A stretch of 63,825 nucleotides of DNA, filler included, from Myxococcota bacterium (GCA_049322255.1; 5 parts of 5 records of this genome joined end to end with filler, not necessarily neighbours in it), one strand, 5' to 3'. Shown: positions 9,092-17,951, counted from the first letter of the whole stretch. Made by a program: numbers and translations. The notes: a model not told the origin generated them from the sequence alone.

Positions 9092-10417
9092 TTAGGCTTT
9101 GACGATGTTGTCGCGAAAGCGGCCGGCGGCGCGGGTGGCGTTCCGGGTGTCGATGACCAACCGGGCGTGCGACGCGACCTCGGCATAGTCAATTCCCGAG
9201 TGGTCGGTGAGGATCAGCACGGCGTCGTAGTGGGAGAGGGGTTCCGCTCCCAGTGAGACCGAGCGCATCGGGCGCAGAATGCCGTGACCTGCCATCAGCT
9301 CGGGCACGTATGGGTCGTGGTAGTCGACTCCCGCCCCCCGCTCCTCGAGCAGGCGAATGACCTTGAGCGAGGGGCTCTCTCGCATATCGTCGACGTCCTT
9401 TTTGTAGGCGACCCCCAGCACGAGCAGCTTGGCGCCGTGCAGCGCCTTCTTGTGCGTGTTGAGCGCCTCCATGGTGCGCTGCACCACATAGAGCGGCATC
9501 TGCGCATTCACCTCGCCAGCGAGCTCGATGAATTTGGTCTGGAAGTCGAACGAGCGCGCCTTCCAGGTCAGATAGAAGGGGTCGATGGGAATGCAGTGCC
9601 CGCCCAGGCCCGGCCCCGGGTGAAAGGGCATGAAGCCGAACGGCTTGGTCGACGCCGCGTGAATGACCTCCCAGACGTCGATTCCCATGCGGTCGCAGAG
9701 CATCTTCAGCTCGTTGACCAGCGCGATGTTCACGCAGCGGAAGATGTTCTCCAAGAGCTTGGCCAGCTCGGCGACCCGGGTCGAGGACACCGGCACCACC
9801 TGGGCGAGGGCCGCGCCGTAGAGCGTCTGCGCTGCCTCCAAGCACGAGGGCGTACAGCCTCCGACGACCTTCGGAATGGTGCGGGTGTCGAACTTCCCGT
9901 TCCCCGGGTCTTCGCGCTCAGGGCTGAAGGCGAGGTGGAAGTCCCTCCCCACGCGGAGGCCGTTCCCCTCGAGGAGCGGCCGCAAGACCTCCTCGGTGGT
10001 GCCTGGGTAGGTGGTGGACTCGAGAACGTAGAGCTGGCCCTTGCGCACGTGGGGAGCCAGCGCTTGCCCGCTCTTCTCGATGAAGCTCAAGTCCGGCTCG
10101 CGCGCTGCCGTGAGCGGCGTGGGCACGCAAATCACCACGCAGTCCAGCTCGCCGGCTCGCGCGAAGGTCGAGGTGGCCGAAAAGCGCTTTTCCTTTTGGG
10201 CCCGTGCCACCCGCTCGGCAGAGATGTGACGCAGGTAGCTCTCTCCCCTTCCCAGCGCCGCCAGCTTGCGCGCGTCGAGGTCGATGCCGGTCACCGGAAA
10301 GCCTGCCTCGGCGAAGGTCAGCCCCAACGGCAGGCCCACGTATCCAAGGCCGACGATTCCAACTTTCGCCTCGCGCGTGCGAATTCGGTCGAGCAGTGTG
10401 TTTGGCATGACTCTCAT
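9092..10417 (-). CDS. nucleotide-sugar dehydrogenase (UDP-GlcNAc/ManNAc 6-dehydrogenase, WbpA/WecC-like)
   Basis: GLGYVGLP, CVPTP, ESTTYPGTT, SPEREDPGN, GPGLGGHCIPIDP, D.RESP. Confidence 0.93.
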   Translation of the reverse strand: MRVMPNTLLDRIRTREAKVGIVGLGYVGLPLGLTFAEAGFPVTGIDLDARKLAALGRGESYLRHISAERVARAQKEKRFSATSTFARAGELDCVVICVPTPLTAAREPDLSFIEKSGQALAPHVRKGQLYVLESTTYPGTTEEVLRPLLEGNGLRVGRDFHLAFSPEREDPGNGKFDTRTIPKVVGGCTPSCLEAAQTLYGAALAQVVPVSSTRVAELAKLLENIFRCVNIALVNELKMLCDRMGIDVWEVIHAASTKPFGFMPFHPGPGLGGHCIPIDPFYLTWKARSFDFQTKFIELAGEVNAQMPLYVVQRTMEALNTHKKALHGAKLLVLGVAYKKDVDDMRESPSLKVIRLLEERGAGVDYHDPYVPELMAGHGILRPMRSVSLGAEPLSHYDAVLILTDHSGIDYAEVASHARLVIDTRNATRAAGRFRDNIVKA

Positions 10418-10424
10418 GGTGACG

Positions 10425-10460
10425 CCCCTCACCCCAACCCTCTCCCAGAGGGAGCGGGGG
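10425..10460 (-). repeat. REP-like hairpin, copy 3
   Basis: CCCCCGCTCCCTCTGGGAGAGGGTTGGGGTGAGGGG; contains the upstream gene's TGA. Confidence 0.8.
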
Positions 10461-12501
10461 CAGTCGCCAAAATCACCCACGTCAGGCGTTCGGGCAGGTG
10501 CCCTGTTCGCTGCGCCAGAAGGCACGCCGCCGGCCGAGTGACGCCGTAGGCAGGTGAGTACCTTGCGCCCGTCACGCGCACATTCCAGCCCGCCGAGAAG
10601 AGAACCACCACACGGCCAAAGGTCGCGACCCAAGGCTGCAGCTCATCCAACCCCTCTTCGAGCGCACCGGCGCGGTGGAGCTCGTCCTGGGTGGCGGCCC
10701 GCAGCTGAAGCTCGCCATCAGGCGCGTGCAAGCGCGAGCGAAGATCGTGCCTCTTGGCTCCCTCGAACCGATCGACCACCGTCAGCGCGCGCTTCTCCTT
10801 GTGGAGCGTTAGACACCGCTCGATCCAGACGGGATCGGCCAGCCGTTCGTAGCCGCGGTGGAACGCCACCAGGCGATCGGTATGCGCGTCGGCGGAAAGG
10901 CGCGCCTCACACGATGCGCCCTCGGGCAGCGCGAACGGCCGGGCTGGGTCGAAGGGCCAGATCTCCTCCCTGTCCACCTGAGGCGTGTTGTGCGCCGCAG
11001 TCGCGCGCAGCTCGTTGCGTAGCGTGGGATCGCGGGTGTAGCTCCCCGTGCCGAGATCGACGATCACCGGCTCGCCGTCGACGTGCAGCTCGAACGAGAG
11101 GTGGTCGTTGTGGCTGTGGCCGCCGAGGCCGCGCTGGCCGTTGGGGCCTGCGCGCACCGCCACGGTGAGCCCTCCTCCGTGCAGCACGTACAGCCCGCCC
11201 GCCCGGGAGGAAAACGGCCGCCGCCGCGCCGCACAGGAAAGCGCTCCCCACCGCTGTACGCCTTCGGCACCGCACAGCCAGGCGAGCTCATCGGGAGGCG
11301 GCGCACCCTCCCGTTTGAGCGCCGGCTCGTCGAAGAGCGCCGCCCCCAACGACGCGAGGTAGCCGTGCGAGAGGTCGTCGCGGTCACAAAGCGCCAGCAC
11401 CCGCCCCGAGTCGTTGTCGCCAATCTGCGGAGCTCTCCCCCCTTCCGAGCAGTACCCTTCGACGGCGAAGAACATTCGCTTCAGGCGCCCGGCGAAGGAG
11501 CTCCCTAAGTCCACTCCATTGGTGCGCGCGGCGAGGTGAGCCAAGGCGAACATCTCGGTGGCCAAGCGGTGGTACGGCACCGAGCCTTCGAAGGAGAACC
11601 CGTCCTCGTGCACCTGGGCCTGCATCTGCGCCGACAGCCCCCGAGCTGCCAGCTGGGTACGCCGGGTGGCTCCAGGCAAGTGGGGAAAGGCGAGGGAGAC
11701 CAGAAGCAAGCCGAGGTAGCCGGCCACGAGGTGGTTGTTGGGCACCACGTTGCCGTCTTCCAGATGAACCTCGACGAAGGCGCAGTGGTCCAAGAGCGCG
11801 CAGAAGAGCTCCAGCGCCTCATCCACAGCCATGCCCGCTCCGGAAAACATCCTCATCGCCATCGCGAGGTTGGCTGCCCGCAGCGCGACCTCCATCGGGC
11901 AGGCCCACTGAATGCCGACGCCCATCGGATTGGCGCGCACGAACGCATGCGCCTGGGCCGCAAACTGCCGCCGGTAGACTTCCTCGCCGCTCACCCACGC
12001 GCCCTGACCCAAGGCGACGAGCTGCTCCAGCCGGCCGAGTGCCCAAGGAAACTTCGGGTCCAGGCCAGGCGTGAACAAAGACAGCTCGAGCGCGGGAGCG
12101 CGGGGGTAGCGCATGCCGCTCGCCGCATCGAGGCTCCAGTCGATCGGTGCGTGCGGCCCGAAATGGACCTGGGTGCCAAAAACGTCGAACGAGCGCTGGG
12201 CGGCTTTTTCCGCCCGGGCGTGGGCGCGCTCCCTGGCGCCGGGTACCCTGCCGAGCGCGGCAACCACCTCGTCGCGTCGCGAGCCATCGCACCACAGCGG
12301 GTGGGCGCTCTCGAAAAGGTGACCGGCCGCCTCCCGAGGCGCTTTCCCCAGCGAGCTCAAAAGCCGCCGCACCGTCCACGGGTGCGCGCCACCGTAAAGA
12401 GTCACCCGGAGCGCACGGTTGGCTCGCCTCGCCACCGCGCGCGCCGCGTGGGAGGGGCCAAGCTGCTCGACGAGTGTCGCATAGTGACCGAGCGCGCCCA
12501 T
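10429..12501 (-). CDS. heparinase II/III-family protein
   Basis: W.CPMEVALR, NNHL, DG..FEGS..YHRL, IGDNDSGR, GHSHNDHLSF, D.GT..Y, R.TAAHNT. Confidence 0.88.
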   Translation of the reverse strand: MGALGHYATLVEQLGPSHAARAVARRANRALRVTLYGGAHPWTVRRLLSSLGKAPREAAGHLFESAHPLWCDGSRRDEVVAALGRVPGARERAHARAEKAAQRSFDVFGTQVHFGPHAPIDWSLDAASGMRYPRAPALELSLFTPGLDPKFPWALGRLEQLVALGQGAWVSGEEVYRRQFAAQAHAFVRANPMGVGIQWACPMEVALRAANLAMAMRMFSGAGMAVDEALELFCALLDHCAFVEVHLEDGNVVPNNHLVAGYLGLLLVSLAFPHLPGATRRTQLAARGLSAQMQAQVHEDGFSFEGSVPYHRLATEMFALAHLAARTNGVDLGSSFAGRLKRMFFAVEGYCSEGGRAPQIGDNDSGRVLALCDRDDLSHGYLASLGAALFDEPALKREGAPPPDELAWLCGAEGVQRWGALSCAARRRPFSSRAGGLYVLHGGGLTVAVRAGPNGQRGLGGHSHNDHLSFELHVDGEPVIVDLGTGSYTRDPTLRNELRATAAHNTPQVDREEIWPFDPARPFALPEGASCEARLSADAHTDRLVAFHRGYERLADPVWIERCLTLHKEKRALTVVDRFEGAKRHDLRSRLHAPDGELQLRAATQDELHRAGALEEGLDELQPWVATFGRVVVLFSAGWNVRVTGARYSPAYGVTRPAACLLAQRTGHLPERLTWVILATAPAPSGRGLG

Positions 12502-12559
12502 TCGCAGCGAAGGGACGGAGCAAAGCCCGCGCCACGGCACGCCGACGGCGGCGAAGCGC

Positions 12560-13165
12560 CTACTGGGGCCGTGGCTGAAAGAGTTTCAGGCGGATGAGCC
12601 GCCGGGCGATGAGCACCGTCGCCAGCACCAACGCGATGCCCAAGAGTAGATACTTTCCCCCCGAGCGCAGCTCGTCCACCACCTGAGGCCCGAAGCGGTA
12701 GCCCAGATAGATCACCACCGGCGCGGTCACGAGCCCGGCGAGCCCGTCGGCGACGAGGAAGCGACGCGCGCTCATGCCGCTCATCCCCGCGAGCAAGAAG
12801 GTCGGAGCACGAAGACCGGGGAGGAAACGGGCGGTGAACACCGTGAGCGCCCCGTGGTGATCGAAATGCCTGGCGGCCCAGGCGACGCGAGACGGCCGAA
12901 GCAGACGGCCCACCCAGCGGTGCTGCGCGGCACGTGGGCCCAGCCGCTTACCGATGTGAAAGAGCAGCCCGTCTGCGGTGAGCAGGCCCGCGTACCCGAC
13001 CGCGAACATCACTGGCAGGTTGGCGCCCTCCCCAGCGGCCAGCCAGCCACCGGCGAGGAGAATCAGCTCCTCGGACACAGGCAGCCCCACCCCGGTGGCA
13101 GCGAGCAGCGCGAACACCGCCGGGTAGGAGAATGCCTGCACCCAGCTCAACACGTGCCCGTCCAC
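12560..13165 (-). CDS. DedA family membrane protein
   Basis: G.PVSEELILLAGG and ARFLPGLR motifs. Confidence 0.92.
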   Translation of the reverse strand: MDGHVLSWVQAFSYPAVFALLAATGVGLPVSEELILLAGGWLAAGEGANLPVMFAVGYAGLLTADGLLFHIGKRLGPRAAQHRWVGRLLRPSRVAWAARHFDHHGALTVFTARFLPGLRAPTFLLAGMSGMSARRFLVADGLAGLVTAPVVIYLGYRFGPQVVDELRSGGKYLLLGIALVLATVLIARRLIRLKLFQPRPQ

Positions 13166-13261
13166 GATGGGTGAAGCTGAGCACGGGGCTGTGGGTCAGG
13201 AACCCCCCATCGCAAGCCAGCAAATTGACCAGCAATTGCCAGCAGGTATACCTTACGACAC

Positions 13262-13385
13262 CGATGTGCGAAGTGAGGCTGTCACTGACCAGCAAGTGCG
13301 GAAACGCCGATGAGGCGTGGACAAGTCTTGCCGGCGGAAGCAGGGCGACCGGGGGAGCGGCCTCAGGCTGCGACCTGCGAGAGCC
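13262..13385 (+). mobile_element. 124-bp terminus of a multicopy element (copy A, runs into the contig end)
   Basis: Identical to the reverse complement of 26792-26915; flanks are unrelated. Confidence 0.8.
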
Positions 13386-13387
13386 CT

Positions 13388-13487
13388 NNNNNNNNNNNNN
13401 NNNNNNNNNNNNNNNNNNNNNNNNNNNNNNNTTAATTAATTAANNNNNNNNNNNNNNNNNNNNNNNNNNNNNNNNNNNNNNNNNNNN
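13388..13487. other. artificial contig spacer (N run + TTAATTAATTAA)
   Basis: 100-nt spacer with a six-frame stop linker. Confidence 0.99.
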
Positions 13488-13546
13488 CACGCCTTCTTCT
13501 ATAAACGCAATGCGGCCGGGTGAGTAGGGCTTTGGATGAAGGAGTG

Positions 13547-14584
13547 TCACTCTTCGTGCTGCTCCACCCGGTTTCGCCCGGCTTCCTTGGCGGCGTAGAG
13601 ACAGTCGTCGGCGGCGCGCAAGAGCGCCTCGGCGGAGTCGATCGACGGCACGGGGAAGGTGGCGACGCCGATGGAGGCGGTGCAGCCGACGCGCTCCGTT
13701 TTTCCCCCGCTCTCCAGAGGCAACCGCAGCGCCTCGATGCCCGTGCGCACCCGCTCGCAGACGCGCCGGGCGGCCGCCGGGCCGGTCTCGGGGAAGAGAG
13801 CGATCAGCTCTTCTCCGCCGTAGCGGGCGAGCAGGTCGACGTCGCGCAGCGACTTTTGCACCACCTGCGCCACCGCCTGCAAGACCCGGTCGCCGAACGG
13901 GTGGCCGTAGGTGTCGTTGAGGCGCTTGAAGTGGTCGATGTCCAGCATCATGCAGGAGAGCGGAACGCGGTAGCGGTGGGAGCGGGCGAGCTCTTGGGTC
14001 AAGCGTTCTTCGAAGTGGCGGCGGTTGGCCAAGCCGGTGAGCGGGTCGGTCTGCGACAGCGCGAGCAGCTCCTGGCGCTTCTTGTCCAGCTCCTTGTTGG
14101 CGCGGTCGAGCTGTTGGTTCTTTTCCACCAGCGCGTCTTGCAGCGCCTTGAGGCGCAGCATCGACTTGACGCGCGCGCACAGCTCGAGCGGGTCGAAGGG
14201 CTTGATGAGGAAGTCGTCGGCGCCCAGCTCGAGGCCCTCGATTTTTCCCGGCCCCTGGCGCGCGGTCATCAAGATGACGGGGATGAAGCCGAACCCGCTC
14301 TGCCCGGAGTTGGCCTTGACGATGCGGCAGACCTCGACTCCGCCCAAGCCGGGCATTTCCACGTCCATCACGATGAGGTCGGGCCGTCGAGCGCGAATGG
14401 CCGAGAGCGCCTCGCTGCCGTCGCGAGCCTCGAAGAGCTCGTAGCCGTAAGGGGCGAGGGCTTGCCGTACCGCGTGCACGGTGGCGGGGTCGTCGTCGAC
14501 GACCAGCACCTTGCGCCCCGAAAGGTCTGCCAGCGAAGAGGGGTCGCTGCGGGCGACTTCGAGCGTTTTCCGGCGCGCGGGCAT
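13547..14584 (-). CDS. response-regulator diguanylate cyclase (REC-GGDEF)
   Basis: VLVVDD, MDVEMP, KPF; DPLTGLANRR, DIDHFK, RYGGEEL with RDVD I-site. Confidence 0.95.
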   Translation of the reverse strand: MPARRKTLEVARSDPSSLADLSGRKVLVVDDDPATVHAVRQALAPYGYELFEARDGSEALSAIRARRPDLIVMDVEMPGLGGVEVCRIVKANSGQSGFGFIPVILMTARQGPGKIEGLELGADDFLIKPFDPLELCARVKSMLRLKALQDALVEKNQQLDRANKELDKKRQELLALSQTDPLTGLANRRHFEERLTQELARSHRYRVPLSCMMLDIDHFKRLNDTYGHPFGDRVLQAVAQVVQKSLRDVDLLARYGGEELIALFPETGPAAARRVCERVRTGIEALRLPLESGGKTERVGCTASIGVATFPVPSIDSAEALLRAADDCLYAAKEAGRNRVEQHEE

Positions 14585-14639
14585 CGGCAAGAGGGAGTCT
14601 ACCCTCCCGGCTTGAACAGCCGCGCCCGGTACACCGGCT
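14417..14639. repeat. 223-bp direct repeat, copy A
   Basis: Matches 15364-15586 with 3 mismatches by eye. Confidence 0.95.
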
Positions 14640-14664
14640 AGGCCCCACCGCGCGGCCTGGCGGG

Positions 14665-14700
14665 TTGCTGACGACCCATTTTTGGACCATATTCAGTCCA
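14665..14700 (+). promoter_or_regulatory. TA promoter with overlapping operator palindrome
   Basis: TTGCTG-N17-CATATT; inverted repeat TGGAC-N8-GTCCA (14683-14700) ending on the A of ATG. Confidence 0.6.
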
Positions 14701-14975
14701 TGAAATTCTCTGCCCAGATCAGGCCCATCAGCTACCTTAAGGCCCACGCGGCGGAGCTCGTGCGAGAGCTTGGCAGCAAGCATGAGCCACTCGTCATCAC
14801 TCAGAACGGAGAAGCCAAAGCGGTCCTGCAGGACGTGGGGTCCTACGAACAGACCCAAGAAACTCTAGCGCTGCTCAAGATACTGGCGCTCGGCAGCCGG
14901 CAAGTCGAGGAGGGTCGCGTCCGACCGGCTGCTGTGGTGCTTCGGCGGCTTCGCGGGCGGCGGAGCGCTCGCTGA
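14700..14975 (+). CDS. Phd/YefM family antitoxin
   Basis: IRPISYLKAHAAE...PLVITQNGEAKAVL. Confidence 0.92.
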   Translation: MKFSAQIRPISYLKAHAAELVRELGSKHEPLVITQNGEAKAVLQDVGSYEQTQETLALLKILALGSRQVEEGRVRPAAVVLRRLRGRRSAR

Positions 14976-15304
14976 TGGCGTTTCGGGTGTTCCTCACCGA
15001 GGATGCCGAGCAGGATCTCGAAGAGCTCTACGATTTCATCGCAGAGCATGACGCTCCCGAGCGAGCCGAGCACGTGCTCAGGCGCATCGAGGAGGTTCTC
15101 GAGACGCTGGCATCTTTTCCCCAACGGGGCGCCATACCCAAGGAACTGCTCAGCCTGGGCATCCGGAACTTTCGTGAAGTCTTCTTCAAGCCCTACCGCA
15201 TGATCTTCCGCATCCAAGGCAGGGCGGTCTACGTCTACCTCGTTGCAGACGGGCGCCGGGAAATGCAAAGCCTGCTTCAGCGGCGCCTTCTGAGTGCGCG
15301 GTGA
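14975..15304 (+). CDS. RelE/ParE family toxin
   Basis: V.LTEDAEQDLEELYDFI...FP.RG...PYRMIFR...DGRR; TGATG coupling to the antitoxin. Confidence 0.92.
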   Translation: MAFRVFLTEDAEQDLEELYDFIAEHDAPERAEHVLRRIEEVLETLASFPQRGAIPKELLSLGIRNFREVFFKPYRMIFRIQGRAVYVYLVADGRREMQSLLQRRLLSAR

Positions 15305-15363
15305 CGCGATTCCCCAAAACAAGCCCCGGGGCTTCGGGACCGCCGCACGGCGTGTCCAGCCAG

Positions 15364-15586
15364 GCCGTCGCGAGCCTCGAAGAGCTCGTAGCCGTAAGGG
15401 GCGAGGGCTTGCCGTACCGCGTGCACGGTGGCGGGGTCGTCGTCGACGACCAGCACCTTGCGCCCCGAAAGGTCTGCCAGCGAAGAGGGGTCGCTGCGGG
15501 CGACGGCGAGCGTTTTCCGGCGCGCGGGCATCGGCAAAAGGGAGTCTACCCTCCCGGCTTGAACAGCCGCGCCCGGTACACCGGCT
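15364..15586. repeat. 223-bp direct repeat, copy B (trmB 3' end + truncated 5' part of the REC-GGDEF gene)
   Basis: Matches 14417-14639; encodes MPARRKTLAVARSD...EARDG and then diverges. Confidence 0.95.
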
Positions 15587-16169
15587 GCCCGGAGGCGAGG
15601 TAACGCTTCTCCCGGGTGGAGGGCGCCTCCTCGGGGTCGAAAGGGTGAAAGGCGCCGCCGCCAAACGGATTGTGGAAGCCGGCCTGCTCCAGCACCTCGA
15701 GCATCTGATGGGCGCGGTCTTCCACGTCGGTGCGCAAGTCGAAAACCCCGCCGGGCTGAAGCAGCGAGAGCAAGAGCTGGGAGAACTCCGGGGTGAGCAC
15801 CGCGCGCTTGTGGTGCGCGCGCTTCCACCAGGGGTCGGGGAACTGCAGGTGCACGGCGGAAAGGGAGCAGGGGCGAAACAGCCGGGGCATCTCGAAGCGG
15901 GCGTCGGCCTCGAGGACTCTCAGGTTCCGAAGGCCGCGCACGTTCGCCCGGTGCTGCACCTCGCGGGCGTACTTCTTGCGCCACTCGAAGGCCACGTAGC
16001 GCACCTCGGGGTGGCGGGTGCAGTAGGCGAGCGCGAACCCTCCCTTTCCCGAGCCAATCTCCACTTCCAGCGGGCCTGGGAACCCGAACACCTCGTCCCA
16101 ATCGGGCGGCTCGGTGCGCCCGAGGAGCTCCTCGCCAGCGGGCTGTGGTCGAAGGGGGGGGCGGGACAT
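15546..16169 (-). CDS. trmB: tRNA (guanine-N7)-methyltransferase
   Basis: EIGSGKG, FPDPWWKRAHHKR, RTD. Confidence 0.93.
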   Translation of the reverse strand: MSRPPLRPQPAGEELLGRTEPPDWDEVFGFPGPLEVEIGSGKGGFALAYCTRHPEVRYVAFEWRKKYAREVQHRANVRGLRNLRVLEADARFEMPRLFRPCSLSAVHLQFPDPWWKRAHHKRAVLTPEFSQLLLSLLQPGGVFDLRTDVEDRAHQMLEVLEQAGFHNPFGGGAFHPFDPEEAPSTREKRYLASGQPVYRARLFKPGG

Positions 16170-16233
16170 GCCGGCGCGTTCTGCTAGCAGCTTCTTCGGC
16201 GCATCGAAAGGCGGCGGAGCAAGGGAAGGAGCA

Positions 16234-16344
16234 CCCACCCCAGCGCCGGCGAAGCCGATGACCGCCCGAGGGTCTCCGCGGGTGAGGGACCAGGCGCGGT
16301 CTGACGAAGCTCTCAGGACGAGGAGCGTTGCGACAAGGGGTGGG
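16234..16344. ncRNA. candidate structured RNA in the trmB-ribF intergenic region
   Basis: Nested stems CCCACCCC/GGGGTGGG, GACCGC/GCGGTC, GGTCTC/GGGACC; family not recognised. Confidence 0.35.
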
Positions 16345-16388
16345 AGGGAGTGCGCGCGGACCACGACGGCGAGGTATATCCACCCTCG

Positions 16389-17306
16389 ATGCGCCAGTTT
16401 CAATCCATCGCCCAGGCCAGTGGACTGTCGGGCTGCGCCGTGTGCCTGGGGAACTTCGACGGGGTACACCTCGGCCACCAGGCGCTCTTCGCCGAAGCGC
16501 GCCGCCACGGGCCGGCGGTGGCCATCACCTTTCACCCCCACCCGGGCAAGGTGCTGCAGCCCGAGCTGGCGCCCAAGCTGATTACTCTCTTGCCCCGAAA
16601 GCTCGAGCTGCTCGAGGAGTGCCAGCTGGCGGCGGTGGTGGTGCAGCCGTTTTCCCTCGAGTACGCCCGCACCACCCCGGAGGCGTTCGAAGCCTCGGTG
16701 TTCGACCAGTTGGGAGCCTCGCACGTGGTGATCGGCTCGGACTTCACCTACGGGCGAGCGCGCGCGGGCACGGTGACGACGCTTCGGGCCGCCGCGGCCA
16801 AGCGGGGCGCCCAGGTGCACGTGGTGGCGCCGGTGACGGTGGACGGGGTGGTGGTGTCATCGACCAAGGTGAGGGAGTACGTCCTCGAGGGGCGGGTGAG
16901 CGCGGCCAGACGCTTGCTCGGCCGCTTCTTCGATCTCGACGGGGTGGTGGTGCCTGGCCACGGGCGAGGGCGGACCCTGGGCATTCCGACCGCCAACGTC
17001 GACACCGAGAACGAGCTGCGCCCGGCGGCGGGGGTGTACGCGGTGCGCTCCCGAGTGGAGGCAGAGGAGCGCTGGCTGCCCGGAGCAGCCAACATCGGGG
17101 TGAAGCCGACTTTTGGGGGAACCGAGGTGACCATCGAGGTGCACCACCTCGACTGGACGGGCGATTTGTACGGGAAGCGAATGCGGGTGCAGTTCATCGA
17201 GCGCTTACGTCCCGAGGCCCGCTTCGGCTCGGTGAGCGAGCTGGCGGCCCAGATTCGACGCGACCTGGAGGCGGCCCGCGAGGCGGTGGCTCGGGCGAAG
17301 CCTTGA
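16389..17306 (+). CDS. ribF: bifunctional riboflavin kinase/FAD synthetase
   Basis: GNFDGVHLGH, VSST.VR, G.PTAN, NIG.KPTF, IEVH. Confidence 0.96.
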   Translation: MRQFQSIAQASGLSGCAVCLGNFDGVHLGHQALFAEARRHGPAVAITFHPHPGKVLQPELAPKLITLLPRKLELLEECQLAAVVVQPFSLEYARTTPEAFEASVFDQLGASHVVIGSDFTYGRARAGTVTTLRAAAAKRGAQVHVVAPVTVDGVVVSSTKVREYVLEGRVSAARRLLGRFFDLDGVVVPGHGRGRTLGIPTANVDTENELRPAAGVYAVRSRVEAEERWLPGAANIGVKPTFGGTEVTIEVHHLDWTGDLYGKRMRVQFIERLRPEARFGSVSELAAQIRRDLEAAREAVARAKP

Positions 17307-17370
17307 AGATGGGATGCTGGCGGATTCTGCTCGTGAAGGTGGCCCAGCGCTGAAAAAATCAGGCAGGGCC

Positions 17371-17399
17371 TTGACTTGTCCGACCCCACCCAATAGATC
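17371..17399 (+). promoter_or_regulatory. sigma70-type promoter for rplM-rpsI
   Basis: TTGACT-N17-TAGATC. Confidence 0.6.
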
Positions 17400-17480
17400 G
17401 CCCCGCTCCGCGCACCTTCTGGCAGGCCTTCGGGGTGCCGTCGCGGCGCATCGCCGCACGAACATTGGAGTTTTTGAGTC

Positions 17481-17927
17481 ATGTCGCAGAGAACTTACAG
17501 CGCGAAAGCCGCGGACATCCGCCGCGCGTGGCACATCGTCGACGTCTCGGACAAGGTGCTCGGCCGCGCCGCCAGCCAGATTGCCACCCTGCTCAAGGGC
17601 AAGCACAAGCCGACTTACACGCCGTCAATCGACACCGGCGACCACGTGGTGGTGATCAACGCCGCCAAGGTGAAGGTTACCGGGAAGAAGGACACCGACA
17701 AGCTCTACTACCGCCACCCGCACGCGGGCTTCCCCGGTGCGCTCAAGACGACCAACTTCAAGGGCCTGCTCGAGCGTCACCCGGAGGACGTCATCAAAAA
17801 CGCGGTACGGCGCATGCTCCCGCGCAACGCGCTGGGCCGGAAGATGATGACCAAGCTCAAGGTCTACGCCGACGACAAGCACCCCCACGCCGCCCAGAAG
17901 CCAGTGGCGCGCGAGGTCGAGGCCTAA
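17481..17927 (+). CDS. rplM: 50S ribosomal protein L13
   Basis: LGRAAS.IA..LKGKHKP.YTP..DTGD, MLP.N.LGR. Confidence 0.99.
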   Translation: MSQRTYSAKAADIRRAWHIVDVSDKVLGRAASQIATLLKGKHKPTYTPSIDTGDHVVVINAAKVKVTGKKDTDKLYYRHPHAGFPGALKTTNFKGLLERHPEDVIKNAVRRMLPRNALGRKMMTKLKVYADDKHPHAAQKPVAREVEA

Positions 17928-17951
17928 AGCATTCACCACGGAGAATCGACG

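Noticed and set aside
16200..16388. FMN riboswitch, glycine riboswitch or hammerhead upstream of ribF
   Set aside because: FMN consensus absent; only CTCTCAGG of the glycine motif; CTGACGA is not followed by the required GAAA
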